NCBI GenBank assembly: GCA_012295275.1
Contig: CM022675.1
Coordinates: forward strand, 5,208,001 to 5,272,000
DNA length: 64,000 bases
Reading direction: 5' to 3'
From: Chrysomallon squamiferum
Taxonomy: Eukaryota > Animalia > Mollusca
Under the pieces are notes generated by a model. It was not told where the DNA came from. It did no database searches and saw only the letters and a list, made by a program, of their open reading frames with translations. The position numbers and the translations under genes were made by a program. Every line of letters begins with the position of its first letter. Position 1 is the first letter of the stretch. This document shows, piece by piece, positions 17,039 through 32,391 of the stretch.

Positions 17039-19553
17039 CAGATGTGATTTCACATTTCAGATAAATGTATATTTGTGCCGTTTGGTGTTTAGTTTTGGTT
17101 ATTTTAGTCATTTATATACTGATAAATTTCACTGCGAGATCTCGCGAGATCTCGCCGAAAATAGTCCTACTTGGAAATCGGTGGACAAAAGCTATCATGC
17201 TGTAATGGGAGGCCATGACCATTGTTCAGTTATTAACTGCTCCAGTCGCAGAAAAACGGGAAATAAATATCACAAACGTTTGTGAGTAATCGCTTCACAC
17301 AAAAATGAAAAATATTTTAATGTTACTGCAAACACGAGGGTTTGTTCTGCACAGTTTTTAGGTGAGAAGCCAGTGAACGACAAGAAACGTGGACTATATA
17401 CCCACCCTGAATATGCGACGGGAAACACCTAGGATATGGCGTGGGAAAATGTCACAACAAAAACAAAACCGAACGAAATTAAAGACATGGTTCAGATAAC
17501 TACAGAGAACAATAGTTTCAATTATGTTCTTAATTATTCAGTCTACTGCAACTAGTTGAGTTGTTTGTTGCTTGGAGTCACAAATACTTGGTAGGGTTTG
17601 TACAAGTATGTAGGTATTTGTGTGAGTTTATGAGTAAAGGTACAATCTTCAATATAACAATTATATGTTACTCGAAAATAAATTGTTTATTTAAAGAGTT
17701 TTCTTAAGCATAGAGTATTATACTTGTGTGTATTTGTATTAATTACACCTAACAATAATTGTAATTAGACAAGGTACTGGTTTTAGTCTATTAGGAAGTA
17801 AGCTGCTCACATTTCTTTTATAAACAAAAGATTTAATTAATCATGTTACTGTATGTTCTGTTTATTGAACACACTATGTGGCCATGTTGTCAGTGTTCAG
17901 TCAGAGATGTGTCTGCAACAAATAAATACTCTGACTGTAAATGACATCACTACAAAGACTTGCTGAACAAACAAGTTATTGCAAATGTTTGTAGTAATCT
18001 GTGGGGGATGGGCACCTGCTACACCCTGATCTGGACTTGAATTGTTTTGAGAGGTACTTTTTCAATTGTACTGTCTGTGCGAGTATGTGTGTGTGTGTGT
18101 TTGCGTGAGTGTGTGTGTGTGTGTGTGTATAAGCATACAGGCTCCCATTCTTTTAGGTAGATGACAGGCTGGATAACAGCATTTATATTAATATGATGTG
18201 TGTATATATATATATACACACATAGATAAAGAAAATATTATATATACATGTATATGTACACACACATAGAGAATACACTGAAACGCACAAATACGTCCTC
18301 ATTTTGACATGCGTGTATTTACAATATTGATGCATACATGTGTTTCCAGTAAAGAAATTAAATATATCCATCCGAGAAATATTTATAACTTTTCAAACTT
18401 TTGAACGCTCGTATGGAATCCCTGTGAGATGTTTTGTTTGTACTTTTTACAAGATCGTGTTTTAACCTGACCTTATGAAAACACATGTGTACCAGAGCAG
18501 ACTTTGTCCAAGTTGTTGCACTAGTTTTTAATTTGAACCATTCCACTGTAAATTTCAGTGGACCGTTTTCTACAGACATTCTACCATCTAATTAGAAATA
18601 CATACATGTTAGAAATATGTGCATGTTAGAAATACGTACATGTTAGAAATACGTACATGTTAGAAATATGTACATGTTAGAAATATGTACATGTTAGAAA
18701 TACATACTCGTTAGAAATATGTGCATGTTAGAAATATGTACATGTTAGAAATATGTAATGTTAGAAATACGAACGTGTTAGAAATGTGTACATGTTAGAA
18801 ATATGTACATGTTAGATATACATACATGTTAGAAATACGTACATGTTAGAAATATGTACGTTAGAAATACGTACATGTTAGAAATACATTACATGTTACG
18901 TTAGAAATACGTACATGTTAGAAATATGTACATGTTAGAAATATGTACATGTTAGAAATACGTACATGTTAGAAATACGTACATGTTAGAAATGTGTACA
19001 TGTTAGAAATATGTACATGTTAGAAATGTGTACATGTTAGAAATGTGTACATGTTAGAAATACGTACATGTTAGAAATATGTACATGTTAGAAGTATGTA
19101 CATGTTAGAAGTATGTACATGTTAGAAATATGTACATGTTAGAAATACGTACATGTTAGAAATACGTACATGTTAGAAATACGTACATGTTAGAAATACG
19201 TACATGTTAGAAATACGTACATGTTAGAAATACGTACATGTTAGAAATACGTACATGTTAGAAATACGTACATGTTAGAAATACGTACATGTTAGAAATA
19301 TGTACGTGTTAGAAATACGTACATGTTAGAAATGTGTACATGTTAGAAATACTTACATGTTAGAAATGTGTACATGTTAGAAATGTGTACATTTTAGCTG
19401 CCTAAGTTTAAAGTCTTCTACGAAGCTATTCATGTCGCCCATAACAACCTGTCTGTCACGCCCCTCAATTTGTAAATAGACTAGTTTCAGTCTAGCTTGT
19501 CAAGGGACGCTACTCTTCGGCGGCATTCACAATAGGAATGTGAAATACATCTG
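17039..19553 (+). mobile_element. Non-autonomous TIR DNA transposon with a THAP-domain remnant (P-element-like)
   Basis: Left end CAGATGTGATTTCACATT and right end AATGTGAAATACATCTG form an imperfect TIR. ~17205-17412 encodes MGGHDHCSVINCSSRRKTG..., FNVTANTRVCSAQF and DYIPTLN, the THAP CxxxC / VCSxHF / xPT signature, with breaks. No clear TSD. Confidence 0.7.
18592..19395. repeat. 17-bp minisatellite (GTTAGAAATACGTACAT)n, ~47 units
   Basis: Directly visible tandem units with point variants and no spacers. Confidence 0.95.
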
Positions 19554-20015
19554 TTGTCGTAAAAATGATCTCTCTCATCTAAAAAGTATTACACAAATAA
19601 AATTATACCATTTAAGGCTTCAAATCTTTTCACACGTAACCGCTGACAAGTGAAAAAAAAAGTGGAGAAATGACAAAAATGTGTATAGCATACTAACACA
19701 AATTATGTTTTATGTGTGCATTCAGGACTGAGAGTGTGAGTGAAGGTATGTGTATGATGTAATGGAGAAAGGTGACGACAGAGGAAAGGACATAGATACA
19801 GTTAGAGACACAGACTGAGCTAGAAAGACAGATACAGACAGAGAGAGACAGAGATAGATTACATAATTAACTTATTAGTAACTTAAAAATATAACAGTCT
19901 CTTTAGTTCTTTTCTTGTTCCATATCTCTAGACAAGACACACACACACAAACGCACACACACACACACACATAAAAATGTCCTTGATTATAACAATTAAT
20001 GTAAAATGTACTTAC

Positions 20016-20088
20016 TTAATATTTCTGACTGGGTAGGTGACATACAGAAGAAGAAAATAATAAAAATATTGACAACTGTAGACAACAT
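20016..20088 (-). CDS. Second, intact signal-peptide exon of the CTL/WSC family (MLSTVVNIFIIFFFCMSPTQSEIL)
   Basis: GCCATG start, 73 nt (phase 1), GTAAGT donor. In phase with paralog B exon 2 at 15817. Flanks are homologous to those of the exons at 16527 and 27502. Confidence 0.7.
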
Positions 20089-20451
20089 GGCGGATTGTAC
20101 ACTGAACATCTGACTTGGACCAGGAAGAAGATAACAGAGTAAAAGATAGTTGTTAGATGATAACAGGTTTTACCTTCCCTTGTTTACTTAGTTACAGAAC
20201 AGTGTAGTGTATTTGTGTCATAAAAATAAAACTTGCTTTAGATAAACTCGCGCAGGACAAAATCTACGGCAAAATAGAGTACATGACCCAATAGAAAACT
20301 AAATAAAATATAGTATGTGCGTTTTCGAGCGTGCGTGCGCGAGTGCGTGTGTCTGAGTGTGTGTGTGATAGATGATCTGATAGTGTGTGTGTAAGAGATA
20401 TGGAGAGAGAAAGAGATAGAGATAGAGAGAGAGAAAGAGAGAGAGAGAGAG

Positions 20452-20507
<56 letters not shown>

Positions 20508-20949
20508 TAGAGGAAGAGATATATAGAGAGAGAGGTAGAGACAGAGATAGAGAGAGAGGTAGAGAAAGAGAGATAGAGAGACAGGTAGAGAGAGAGATAG
20601 ACAGAGGTAGAGAGGGATAGAGATAGAGAGATAGAGAGAAAGGTAGAGAGAGAGAGATAGAGAGGTAGAGAGACAGAGATAGAAAGAGAGTTAGAGAGAG
20701 ATACAGACAAAAAATAGAGAGACAGACAGAGAAAATTAGAAACAGAGAGAGGCAGACAGAAAGAAAAAAATTATCTAAACACATTTCCAAATATTACATT
20801 TACCTCTCTCTCTCTTTATTTCTCTAGATACAAGGTTTTTTCTTTTCTTTATTAATTAAAAATCGAAACAAACACAAAAAACGGACAAGTTTTATTATTC
20901 TAAATTTTATTTTTTCACAAAGTTTAATATAATTTCTCAGGAGCATCTA

Positions 20950-21013
<64 letters not shown>

Positions 21014-21382
21014 GTATATAAAAATTAAAAATAAATTAACATAGTAAAAATACAAATGTTTGAAGATTTAGTTCAATATAAAATTGAACAAAGCATAATA
21101 TTAAATTAAATAGTTAATATCTAATTTTAGTATCAAAATAAAATGTTTTTAATCAACACGTCAAATGATAATATTTTCTGAGAATAAACAATGGAAATAA
21201 TTTCTTGCAGGAGAATGGCATAGAGAGGATATATATTTACCAACTATTAAATTTATAATAGGATGCATCAAATATTTTATTGATTTGCTTTGTTATTTGA
21301 TGTGAAATTAGTAGAATGAAGATAATTGGTTGATATCACTATACTGTGATTTCTAAGAATTCAAAAAATTAATTTATAAATA

Positions 21383-22482
21383 TTAAGCAGTATTTTTATG
21401 GACATCTTCGTCTTCCAGAACGAAATAAACATTTCCATCATTTTGAGAGAAATTCACTTCTTCATCTACGTTCTCACAGTTGATGTCGTCTGCTTTTAAT
21501 GAATACTGAGATGAATTTACGTCAGTGTGGTTATATAAACTGGTATCACAGAAATTTGGAACAACGGCTTCAGTTGTGTCGTAGTCGTCGACGTTTTGTT
21601 TAAGGAAGATGGTAGTACACATTCGATGTAGTTGCTGTCGGTATTTTGCTGTCTATCGTTTCGTAAACTCCAACATCAGCATTATGTTTAAGTTGATGAC
21701 GATTTTCTTGAATCGCTTCTGCTGTTTCGTAATCTGAATCATTACTAACATTCACGTTAATATTCTGTCTGTTGTCATTGGTTAGAGGGGAACAACTCTG
21801 TTTATCAGTTTGAAATAGAGTTACTGTTCCTTGTTGAATGCCTTCGTTTATTTCAATGTAATAGGGGTCACCTGCTCCTGCCAGTGTCATGTCAGAATTT
21901 ACGTAACTTGTTACAGTCTCTCTCCGTAAATCTACTTTTTGTTCTGAAGTTTTTTCTTTTGAGAAACAGAAACGTTTTGTTCTGTAATATAATATAGAAT
22001 GAAAATTGAAAATAATACATATACTTTTTATTTATTTATTTATTTGTTTATTATTTAAATATATATATACATGTCAGTGGTATCCGTATTTTCTACAATT
22101 TTTCACAAATAAATAACATAACATTAAATTATATAAATAAATGATATAGGATAATAAATAAATAGATAAATAAATAAATAAATAAATAAATCCTGTTTCC
22201 TTACCGTTTCGTCCAGATGAAAATCAAGACAGATGTTATCATAACAACAATAACAGCAACAACACTGCCGCAAATCAAAGCTAAAAATAATAAAAAATTA
22301 AAAATTAAAAATAATGTTCACCGTCTATTTGTTACAAAACTTTTCCACAGTTCAACAGTCGTACTTTAAAGTTAAAGAATCACGTCCTTTTATAAAAGTA
22401 TTTCTAAAAGAAGCCATCAGAAACGAAAAACGCTAAAAGCACAAAAGGAACAAAAAAAAAAAATAAAAAATAATAATAATAA

Positions 22483-22529
<47 letters not shown>

Positions 22530-23078
22530 TTATAAAATAAAATAAAAGACTAAAGAAAAAATTATTGAAAAGACCTGCATTGGTCCTGGTCTGGTTTGTC
22601 TGTTGTTTTCTTCGTTTTTCAAACAACGTTGTCGTCAAAACATTAAATTTCACTGTATTTTGTATTGTCGTTATCGTTGTTACCAGCGTGTTAAGTGTTA
22701 GTAGTGTGGTCGTTGGAACTGATGTAGTTGTTGTTTTATCTGTTAATGAAAGTTACGAATTGTTTGACAGAACATCTTTATAGGGAACTGTTTACATTAT
22801 TTTTATCACTATTATCAAAAGCTGTTATAATTATTTTTAATAGGACATGTTTGTGTGTGTTTACGTACATATCTCTTTCCGATTGTTCAAAATGTTTAAT
22901 TGTTAGGTGCTTTAAAAATATGACATCAGTTTATGGAAATATAAGACTACGTTAATATATACATATGACGCCATGAATGTATGTATTCTCCATGCGTACC
23001 TACATGCATTTATATTAATATATATACATGCATATATATATGCATAAACACACACACGTCTGTGTGTGTGTGTGTGTT

Positions 23079-23118
<40 letters not shown>

Positions 23119-25750
23119 ACGCGCGCTTTTCTAAAACATTATAATAAATATGCATTTGTACCTGTATCTGTCCGTTTGTCTATACCTTTGTATATCTGTC
23201 ATCCTATACGTATGTGTGTATCATATGTACATAACACATACAAAGTTGACAGATAGCTGATAATTCCGTCAAAGAATTTCTTGGAAATTTCTGAAAAGTG
23301 TATCTGTTTCTGTACCACGCAATACTTCCATGGAAATTTGTCCAGTGTGCGTTATTCTGGTCTTAACACGGTTTCCTTTACAAGAAAAAAGAAAACAAAG
23401 GTATATATTTATATATTAGTGAAATTGTAAACGTGTATCACTTACATGTATATATGTGTGTGTGTGTATTTGTATCTGGGTATGTGTAAGAATGATTTGA
23501 GTGTCACGTGTATGTGTGTCTGTATATATGTGTCACGTTGCCAGTGCCTAAAGTGTTCATTATCATGTCTAGGGGTTTAGTTAGTACAGATAAAAGAAAC
23601 GTATCACAACTTCACAGATAACTGGGTTTTACGTTAAACAAAGACGAGATTATCTCCCTTCGTTACGAGTCTGTTCTCTTACCATCAATCCACCTCCATT
23701 CAATGTTTCGTTTCAGTCCAATCCAGTAATTTTCCCACCGTCTGTAATAACCGTTAATCAGTGTTTTCAGTTCTGACTCTGCTGTGTCTGTCAGTTTTGA
23801 CAAATTTCCACCACACTGTACTCTAGCGTCATTCCAGTCAAAGTGCTCCGTCAAAATACATATTGTGTTTCTGCACATATTTGTCATATAGGTTTTAAAG
23901 CTTTTTTCTGAAACGTAGAACAACAGTCAGTGAAAGTTCTGTACAGATTTATACAAATCAGCTTTCGATTGTTATTTTTTAAATGAACTAATGTTAGCAT
24001 TTTGCAATTAACAAAAATAGTTTTAGTTAAAAGCACACAAATTAAAACATACAAACATATCACTCATGCATTAAATTATATGGTGTCAAAACGGTGACAC
24101 ATAAAACAAAAAGAAAGAAACAAAACGAATAAAATGAACAAACACACAGAAACAAATAAACAATAGAACGAAAGAAAAAACCAAGCAAGCAATCCAGCAA
24201 ACAGAGAAATAAATAAACAACATACTTGGACAAACAGCTGACGTCCACTGTGTATTACAGTCTGCAAATCGAAGGGTGATTTTGTTGTTTTCATATTTGA
24301 CGTAGCCGCAGTTGCTGTTTTTACTTGTTCTGCTTTTTATATCTACAGAAACAGGCAGATCTGAAATAAAATATTTCTTTAATATAAAAACAGTGTCTGT
24401 GTGATACTACTACTACTACTACTACTATTACTACTACTACTACTATTTTTTCTTCTTCTACAACTACAACCACAACCACAATAAACACTACTATTTCTAT
24501 TGCTGCTACCACTACTAATGTAGTATTACTTCTCCTCCTTGTGTTACATCAACATCTACAGCAACAACTACTACGTTACTATTAGTACTGTTAGTTCTAC
24601 AACCATTACGTCTACTACAATTTCTACTATTTATACTGCTTCTAATACTATTAGTTATACTACTGCTACTACAGCTATTGCTGCTATTCTTTCTACTACT
24701 ACCATAACAAATACTGCTACTACTTCTGCTACTACTGCTACTACAACTACTACTACTACTACTACTACTACTATACTATTGCTATTACTATTACTTCTAC
24801 TACAACAGCTTCTACTAAAAACTAATTACAACACGAATTACTGCTATTACCATTGCTACGTTAAGGATCCGAAAAGAAAAGAAAAAAAAAAAAAACACAA
24901 TAAAAACCCAGAAAAAGAAAGAAAAAAAGAAAAAAAAAGAAAGCTTACATTTCTGCTACCTGTATATTATCAAAATAAAATTCTTACCTAATTCATAAAC
25001 AGAAACAATGTCCGCACCACCACAGTACTCGTCATAGGTCCCAGGACAGCGTACTTTGTTTACTTTCTTGAACGTTGTATCTTTCTTAGAGTTTGTTTTA
25101 TGTTGTGGAAGACTGCAGAAACATTTTCTTCCCTGCAATACGACACTATGTAATTTAACTTTTTTTTTAGTATTAATTTTATTATTTCTTATACAGATAG
25201 AGATGAACGCAGAGATAGATAGGTAGATAAACAGAGATAGATAGATCGACAGAGAGAGATAGACAGAGAGAGAGAGAAAGAGATACAGAGAGAGACACAG
25301 GATAAGGGAGAGAGACAGAGAGAGACAGCAAGAAATTGAGAGAGAGAGAGAGACAGAGAGAGAAGGAGAGCTATCAGAGTGTTATAAATAAATCTGAAAT
25401 CGTGAACTTTAATCAGAAGGCTTGTATCTCTCTTTTTAGATTTAATATATTTTTTCGTATTTTTTTTATATATCGTCCATGCACATTTTAAATTGAGATT
25501 TCTGTATTTATATTTTCAACTCTGCATTCCTTTTGAAAGAATAGATTTATCGAAGAGTTAAAAACAAAACAAAAAAACACACATACAAAAGTCACCTGTA
25601 AACCAAATCTTCTCTTTGTTGTGTTACACCTCTGGAAACATTTAAACACACTGTTGTCATCAATAGTAACAAGACTGTTTGACACAGTTTGTGACACCAG
25701 TATATCTTCAACAAATTTAAACAGGGTTTCATTTGTTTCTGAAAAATAAA

Positions 25751-25822
<72 letters not shown>

Positions 25823-27256
25823 GTAATAATAATACCAACAACAACAATAAAAGCAACAACAACATTAATAATAATAACAACAACAGTAATAATAATACTG
25901 ATTGCAATAATCATAATAAAATAGTAGTTCTACTACTACTACTAACACTACTTTTAATAATAATAATAAGCAAACAAACAAACGACTAAATAAATAAGTA
26001 AATAAATAAAAGCTTATGTTATGTACATTTAATTCTAGGACAACCTCTTTCCACACACAGACACAAATATTTAATCTAATAATATAACATACCTGTCCAT
26101 ATCCAAGGAGTGTAAGTTTCTGTGGCACCAACCCAGTAAGTTTCATTTGGTTTCATTATTTTCCAGACATTAGACACAGATATAGAGTTTGTAACAAGTC
26201 TTCCTCCCTTTGACTGACAGCCAGAATAAACAGCAGACCACCACGACTGGGTCTCATTCAGTATGACGTAACTGTCTGTCATGGCGTCATCCGATACGTC
26301 ACTCCAGGGACCTACGTATTGAAAAATATACTGAGCAAAAACATTTAGGGTATTACAACGAGTGATCAGCTTTTAAGTGCGTTATACTTCGACATATTAG
26401 CATCAAAACATTGTTATACTTTGTTATACATTTAACATTTTCAGTGTGATTTTACTGGAGTATACAATGACTTGTATGTACAACGTAAACTTATAGAGAT
26501 TTTATAAAGTTGATACCGTCAGTTTATTTTATGTTAAAAAAACAAAATTGCAAAATACTTAAGTCAAGTAGATATTGTTTTCTTTTTTAAATTATTATAT
26601 TCATCATCATCATCATCATCATCATAACTGATCTTGTTGTTATTTGTTTGTTTATTTATTTAATGATTTATTTATTAAACATATTTAATTTTTATTTCTT
26701 TTTAATAATGTGCTTTAAACTTGTACGCTACAAAATAAAAAAATAAAAAATAAAAAATAAAATAAAATAAAATAGGAAGGAAACAGAAAAAAAGAAGACA
26801 AAAAAATCATATTCCAATAATTATAGATCCTCTTTTGCGCCTGAAGCTTAAGATTTCATCCAATATAGTATCTTCTGATTTTAAAATAATTATCAGTTAA
26901 ATGTGTTATCTGTTTCTTTCTTTCTTTTTCTTCTTCTTAATGTTATATATATGTAAATATTATTAATTATAAATTTAATTAATTTATTTATTTTATAATT
27001 GCTTTAAAATAAAATTATAGGCGTCATACCTTTTCATCTGTAATCGCTGACAAGTGAAAAAAAAAAGTGAAGTAGTAAGAGTAAGATATCTACAAAAATG
27101 TGTGTAACATACTAACACAAATTATGTGAAAGTATGTGAATGTAATGGAGAGAGTGAAAGACAGAGAAAGGGACACAGATTAAGATAGAGACAGAGACTG
27201 AGATAGAAAGACATATAAAGAAACAGAGAGAGAGAGAGCGAGATAGAGAGCGAGAG

Positions 27257-27343
<87 letters not shown>

Positions 27344-27502
27344 GTATATTTAGCTTATTATTAACTTAGAAATACGTTAGTCTATTTCGTTCTTTTACGT
27401 TCGTTGATTGTAACAATTAATGTAAAATTTACTTAATATTTCTGACTTGGTAGACGTACACAAAAATAAAATAATAAAAATATTGACAGCTGTAGACAAC
27501 AT
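21383..27502 (-). CDS. CTL/WSC type-I membrane receptor paralog C (best preserved; possible frameshifts)
   Basis: Signal exon 27433-27502 (MLSTAVNIFIILFLCTSTKSEIL), then exons near 26092-26310, 25596-25738, 24988-25132, 24226-24360, 23683-23907 (WNDARVQCGGNL...YWIGLKRNIEWRWIDG), 23240-23375, 22575-22739, 22205-22280 (TM) and 21383-21981. There is a +1 frameshift at ~21601 in the tail. Exon 7 stays in frame only with a nearby alternative acceptor. Confidence 0.8.
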
Positions 27503-27734
27503 GGCGGATTCTACAATGAACATCTGACTTGGACCAGGAAGAAGATAACAGAGTAAAAGATAGTTGCTAGGTGACAACAGATTTTACCTTCCTTTGTTTA
27601 CTTAGTTACAGAACTATTTGTGTGATAAAAATATAACTTGGTTTAGATAAACTCGCGCACGACAAAGCCTAGAGTACAAGACCCAATAGAAAACTGAATA
27701 AAATATAGTATGTGTGTGTGTTCGTGCATGTGTA

Positions 27735-27765
<31 letters not shown>

Positions 27766-27932
27766 AAGTGATAGTTAGATAGACATATAAAAACAGAGAA
27801 ACGGAACAAAATGCACAAACACATTACTACTACTTCCTTCTCTCTCTGTGTCTCGCTCTGTGCGTGTGTGTTTGTATGAGAGATAGATAGAGAGATTAAA
27901 AACAGAGAAACAGAGAGAGAGATAGAGAGAGA

Positions 27933-28002
<70 letters not shown>

Positions 28003-28136
28003 TAGAGAGATAGGGAGAGAGATGGAGAGACAGAGATAGAGAAAGAGATAGAGAGATAGATGAAAACAGAGAGAGAGACAGAGAGATTAAAAACAGAGAG
28101 AGACAGACAGAAATAAATGTACAAACACATTTCCCG

Positions 28137-28190
<54 letters not shown>

Positions 28191-28384
28191 TATAAAAGGT
28201 GTCTATTATTTAAAAAATATTACATTTATGACAGTGTGTTTATTTCTCTAGCTACAAGGTTTTTTTCTTTTCTTTGTTAATTGAAAATACGAAAAAACCA
28301 CAAAAAAACGGAAAAAGTTTGATTATTCTAAATTTTATTTTTTCACAGAGTTTAATATAATTTCTCAGTAGCATCTAAATAATA

Positions 28385-28453
<69 letters not shown>

Positions 28454-31230
28454 GTATATAAAAATTAAAACCAAATTAACATAATAAAAATACAAATGTT
28501 TGAAGATCTAGTTCAATATAAAATTGAACAAAACATAATATTAAGTTAAATAGTTAATATATAATTTTAGTATCAAAATATAACGTTCAGATGTCAAATA
28601 TTTTTTAATCAACACGTCAAATGATAATATTTTCTGAGAATAAACAATGGAACTAATTTCTTGCAGGAGAATGGCATAGACACGATATACATTTACAAAT
28701 TATTAAATTTAAAATAAGCTGCATCAAATATTTTATTGATTTGTTTTGTTATTTGATGTGGAATTAGTAGAGTGAAGAGAATTGGTCGATGTCATTTTAT
28801 ACATTGCTGTGATTTCTAAGAATTCAAAAAATTAATTTATAAATTTTAAGCTGTATTTTCATGTGCATCTTCGTCTTCCAGAACGAAATAAACATTTACA
28901 TCATTTTGAGAGAAATTCAGTTCTTCATCTACGTTCTCACAGTTGATGTCGTCTGCTTTTAATGAATACTGAGATGAATTTACGTCAGTGTGGTTATATA
29001 AACTGGAATCACAGAAATTTTAAACAACGGCTTCTGTTGTGTCGTAGTCGTCGACGTTTTGTTTACCAAGATGATGGTACACATTCGATGAAGTTGCTGT
29101 CGGTATCTTTCTGTCTGTCGTATCGTAAACTCCATCATCAGCGATGTTAATGTGCATCTTCGGTGTGTTTGTCTTCATTCTTTTCCCGTCTGTTTTGTCG
29201 AAATCGCCACCATTATGTTTATCTTCAGTAACATGACAGTTTTCTTGAATCGCTTCTGCTGTTTCGTAACCCGAATCATTACTAACATTCACGTAAATAT
29301 TCTGTCTGCTGTCAGTGGTTAGAGGGGAACAACTCTGTTTATCAGTCTGAAGTAGAGTTACCGTTCTTCGTTGTTTAACTTTGTTAATTTTACTGTAATA
29401 GTCGTCATCTTCTTCTTCGCATGTCACGTCAGAATTTACGTAACTTTTTACGTCATTAGACAGATTCTCGATCATCGTTTTATTAATTCTCGCTTTAACA
29501 GGTTGTTCATATTCAGTCTGCAGTTTCAGTGTTGTAACTTTTGTTTATGTGACCTTTGTTTATATTCTGCTGTGTCTTTTCTTTTGCAAAACAAAAACGT
29601 TTTGTTCTATAACATAATAGAGAATGAAAATTGAAAATTATAATAGATACACTTATTTATTTATTTATATTGGTATAAATAAAAGCAACAACAACAAGTC
29701 AAAAAAACAAAACAACAAGAAAAAAAAAAAAAAAATAAAAAAAAAAAATAACAAAAAAAACAACAACAAGAAAATAAAAAAAAAAAGAAAAGTAAAAACA
29801 ACGTAAAACAACAAACAAGAAAAAAGAAGGAAATAAAGAATTTACTGTTTCATAGCACCTCAAATGTTTTAATACATTCCAGTACTGTCGTTATATTCTA
29901 CAATTTTCGCCGTTTAAGCAACAAATATACAGTGAAATAAAATAACATTAAATTATATAAATATATAATTAAATAAATAAATAAATACATTAATAAATAA
30001 ATAAAGTTCCCTTACCGTTTCATCCAGATGAAAATCAAGATAGATGTTACCATAACAACAATAACAGTAACAACACTGCCGCCAATCAAAGCTAGAAATA
30101 AATAAGTTATAAATATTGTTACCATCTGTTTATTTACCTACCTGTCAACTTGTTAAAAACTTTTAACATCATTTATCCAGAATTCAACAGTCGTAATTTA
30201 AAATGAAGGAAACAGACCATTTGTGATCTTTCTTTAAAAAGAAAACAAGCCATAAGAAAGGTAAAACGATGAGAAAAAAAAAAAAAAAAAAAAAACTAAA
30301 AATAAAGGAATAGAATAAATATAGATATATAACTATAATAATAATAATTAGTAATCATAATATTAATAATATGATTTAAAAAAATAATACTAATAAGAGG
30401 AAGTAAATAAATAAAATAAAATAAAAGACAAAATAAAAACAAAGAAAATAATTAAAAGACCTGCGTTGTTCGTCGACTGGTTCGTCTGTTGTTTTCGTCC
30501 TTTTTCAAACAACGTTGTCGTCAAGTTAAATTGTGTTGTTGTGAAGTTCACTGTTTCTTTTGTTGTCATTGTCGTTGTTGTTACCGTCGTGAACAAGTCA
30601 AACTGTGTTGTGTGGTCCACTGTTTTTTTTGTTGTTGTTGCCGTTGTTACCGTCGTGTTAAGTGTTAGTAGTTTGGTCGTTGGAACTGATGTAGTAGTTG
30701 TTTTATCTGTTAATAAAAGTTACATGATTTTTAACAGAAAATCTCTGTATTGAAATGTATCGTCTTTATCATTATTATCTATATTATCAACATCATCATA
30801 TTTCTTCTCAAATATCACTATGATTATTTTTGATTTTAGATCCTAATGTGTGTGTTTCGTTTCCGATTATTTCACAATTACTACTACTTCTACTAGTACT
30901 ACTATTACTTCTTCAACTACTACTAGTACTACCACTATTGTTAATTTCATTTAAAAATAATATTTGTAAGAAGTAGACCAGAGACAGACAATAATATTTC
31001 TGTGATCGAAGTTTACTTTTCACTGAAAATATTCTTTTTATACGTTAAAAACACTAATTTATAGAAATTAACTGGTATTACATATATGTATGTTTGTGTA
31101 CATATTGTGCATCTAGTATATTTTGCATCTATTTATTTATCTAACCACGTATCTGTGATTCTGTATGTCTGTGTACTGCTTTCAATAATAGTTTCTTGTT
31201 TTTAATCAAAAACTCTCTCTCACACACAGA

Positions 31231-31286
<56 letters not shown>

Positions 31287-31692
31287 ACTCACAAAGTTGA
31301 CAAACAGCTGAACATTTTGTCGATGACTTTTTAGGAATGTTGTAATTTCTGTTTCTCTTCCATGCAATACTTTTATGAGCTTTTCCATAAGTGTTGGGAG
31401 GATCTGTAACAAGGTTTCCTAAAGAAAAAAAAAAAAAAAAAAAAAAAAAAAGAAAGAAAGAAATAAAAACTATTTTCATTAATAAGGTGAAATATTTGTA
31501 ATGTAGCGACATCATACATCATTATATAATCGTGTATATAGTAAGGGATGTTAGTAGATCGATAAATAGTTGGACAACAGAGAGATTGAAGTTTTCTACG
31601 TGTCTCTAAGAGTGCAGGTATTTCTGTGTGTTTGTGTATTTCATATGTGGCTGAACATTTAGCCAATGAACATGTGATCAGGAAAGACATAT

Positions 31693-32391
31693 TTGTGTAT
31701 GTTTGTATGTATGTATGTTTGTATAGATGTATGTTTGTATATATGTATGTTTGTATATATGTATGTTTGTATTTATATATGTTTGTAAATATGTATGTTT
31801 GTATATATGTATGTTTGTATTTATATATCTTTGTATATATGTATGTTTTTATATATGTTTGTGTATGTATGTATGTTTTGTATTTATGTATGTTTGTATT
31901 TATATATGTTTGTATTTATATATGTTTGTTATATGTTTGTATGTTTTTGTATTTATATATATGTTTGTATTTATATATGTTTGTATATATGTATGTTTGT
32001 ATATATGTATGTTTGTATTTATATATGTTTGTATATATGTATGTTTGTATTTATGTATGTATGTTTGTATTTATGTATGTTTGTATTTATGTATGCTTGT
32101 ATTTATATATGTTTGTATATATGTATGTTTGTATTATGTATGTTTGTTTGTATTTATATATGTTTGTATATATGTATGTTTGTATATATGTATGTTTGTA
32201 TTTATATATGTTTCTATATATGTATGTTTGTATATATGTATGTTTGTATTTATATCTGTTTGTATATATGTATGTTTGTATTTATGTATGTTTGTATTTA
32301 TGTATGTTTGTATTTATATATGTTTGTATATATGTATGTTTGTATTTATGTATGTTTGTATTTATGTATGTTTGTATTTATGTATGTTTGT
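31693..32391. repeat. 16-bp minisatellite in intron 6 of paralog D
   Basis: Same unit and same intron position as 12603-13200. Confidence 0.9.

Noticed and set aside
18592-19395. CRISPR-like appearance of the 17-bp array (and of the 61-bp array at 41700-42241)
   Set aside because: There are no unique spacers and no cas genes, and the context is eukaryotic. These are tandem repeats.
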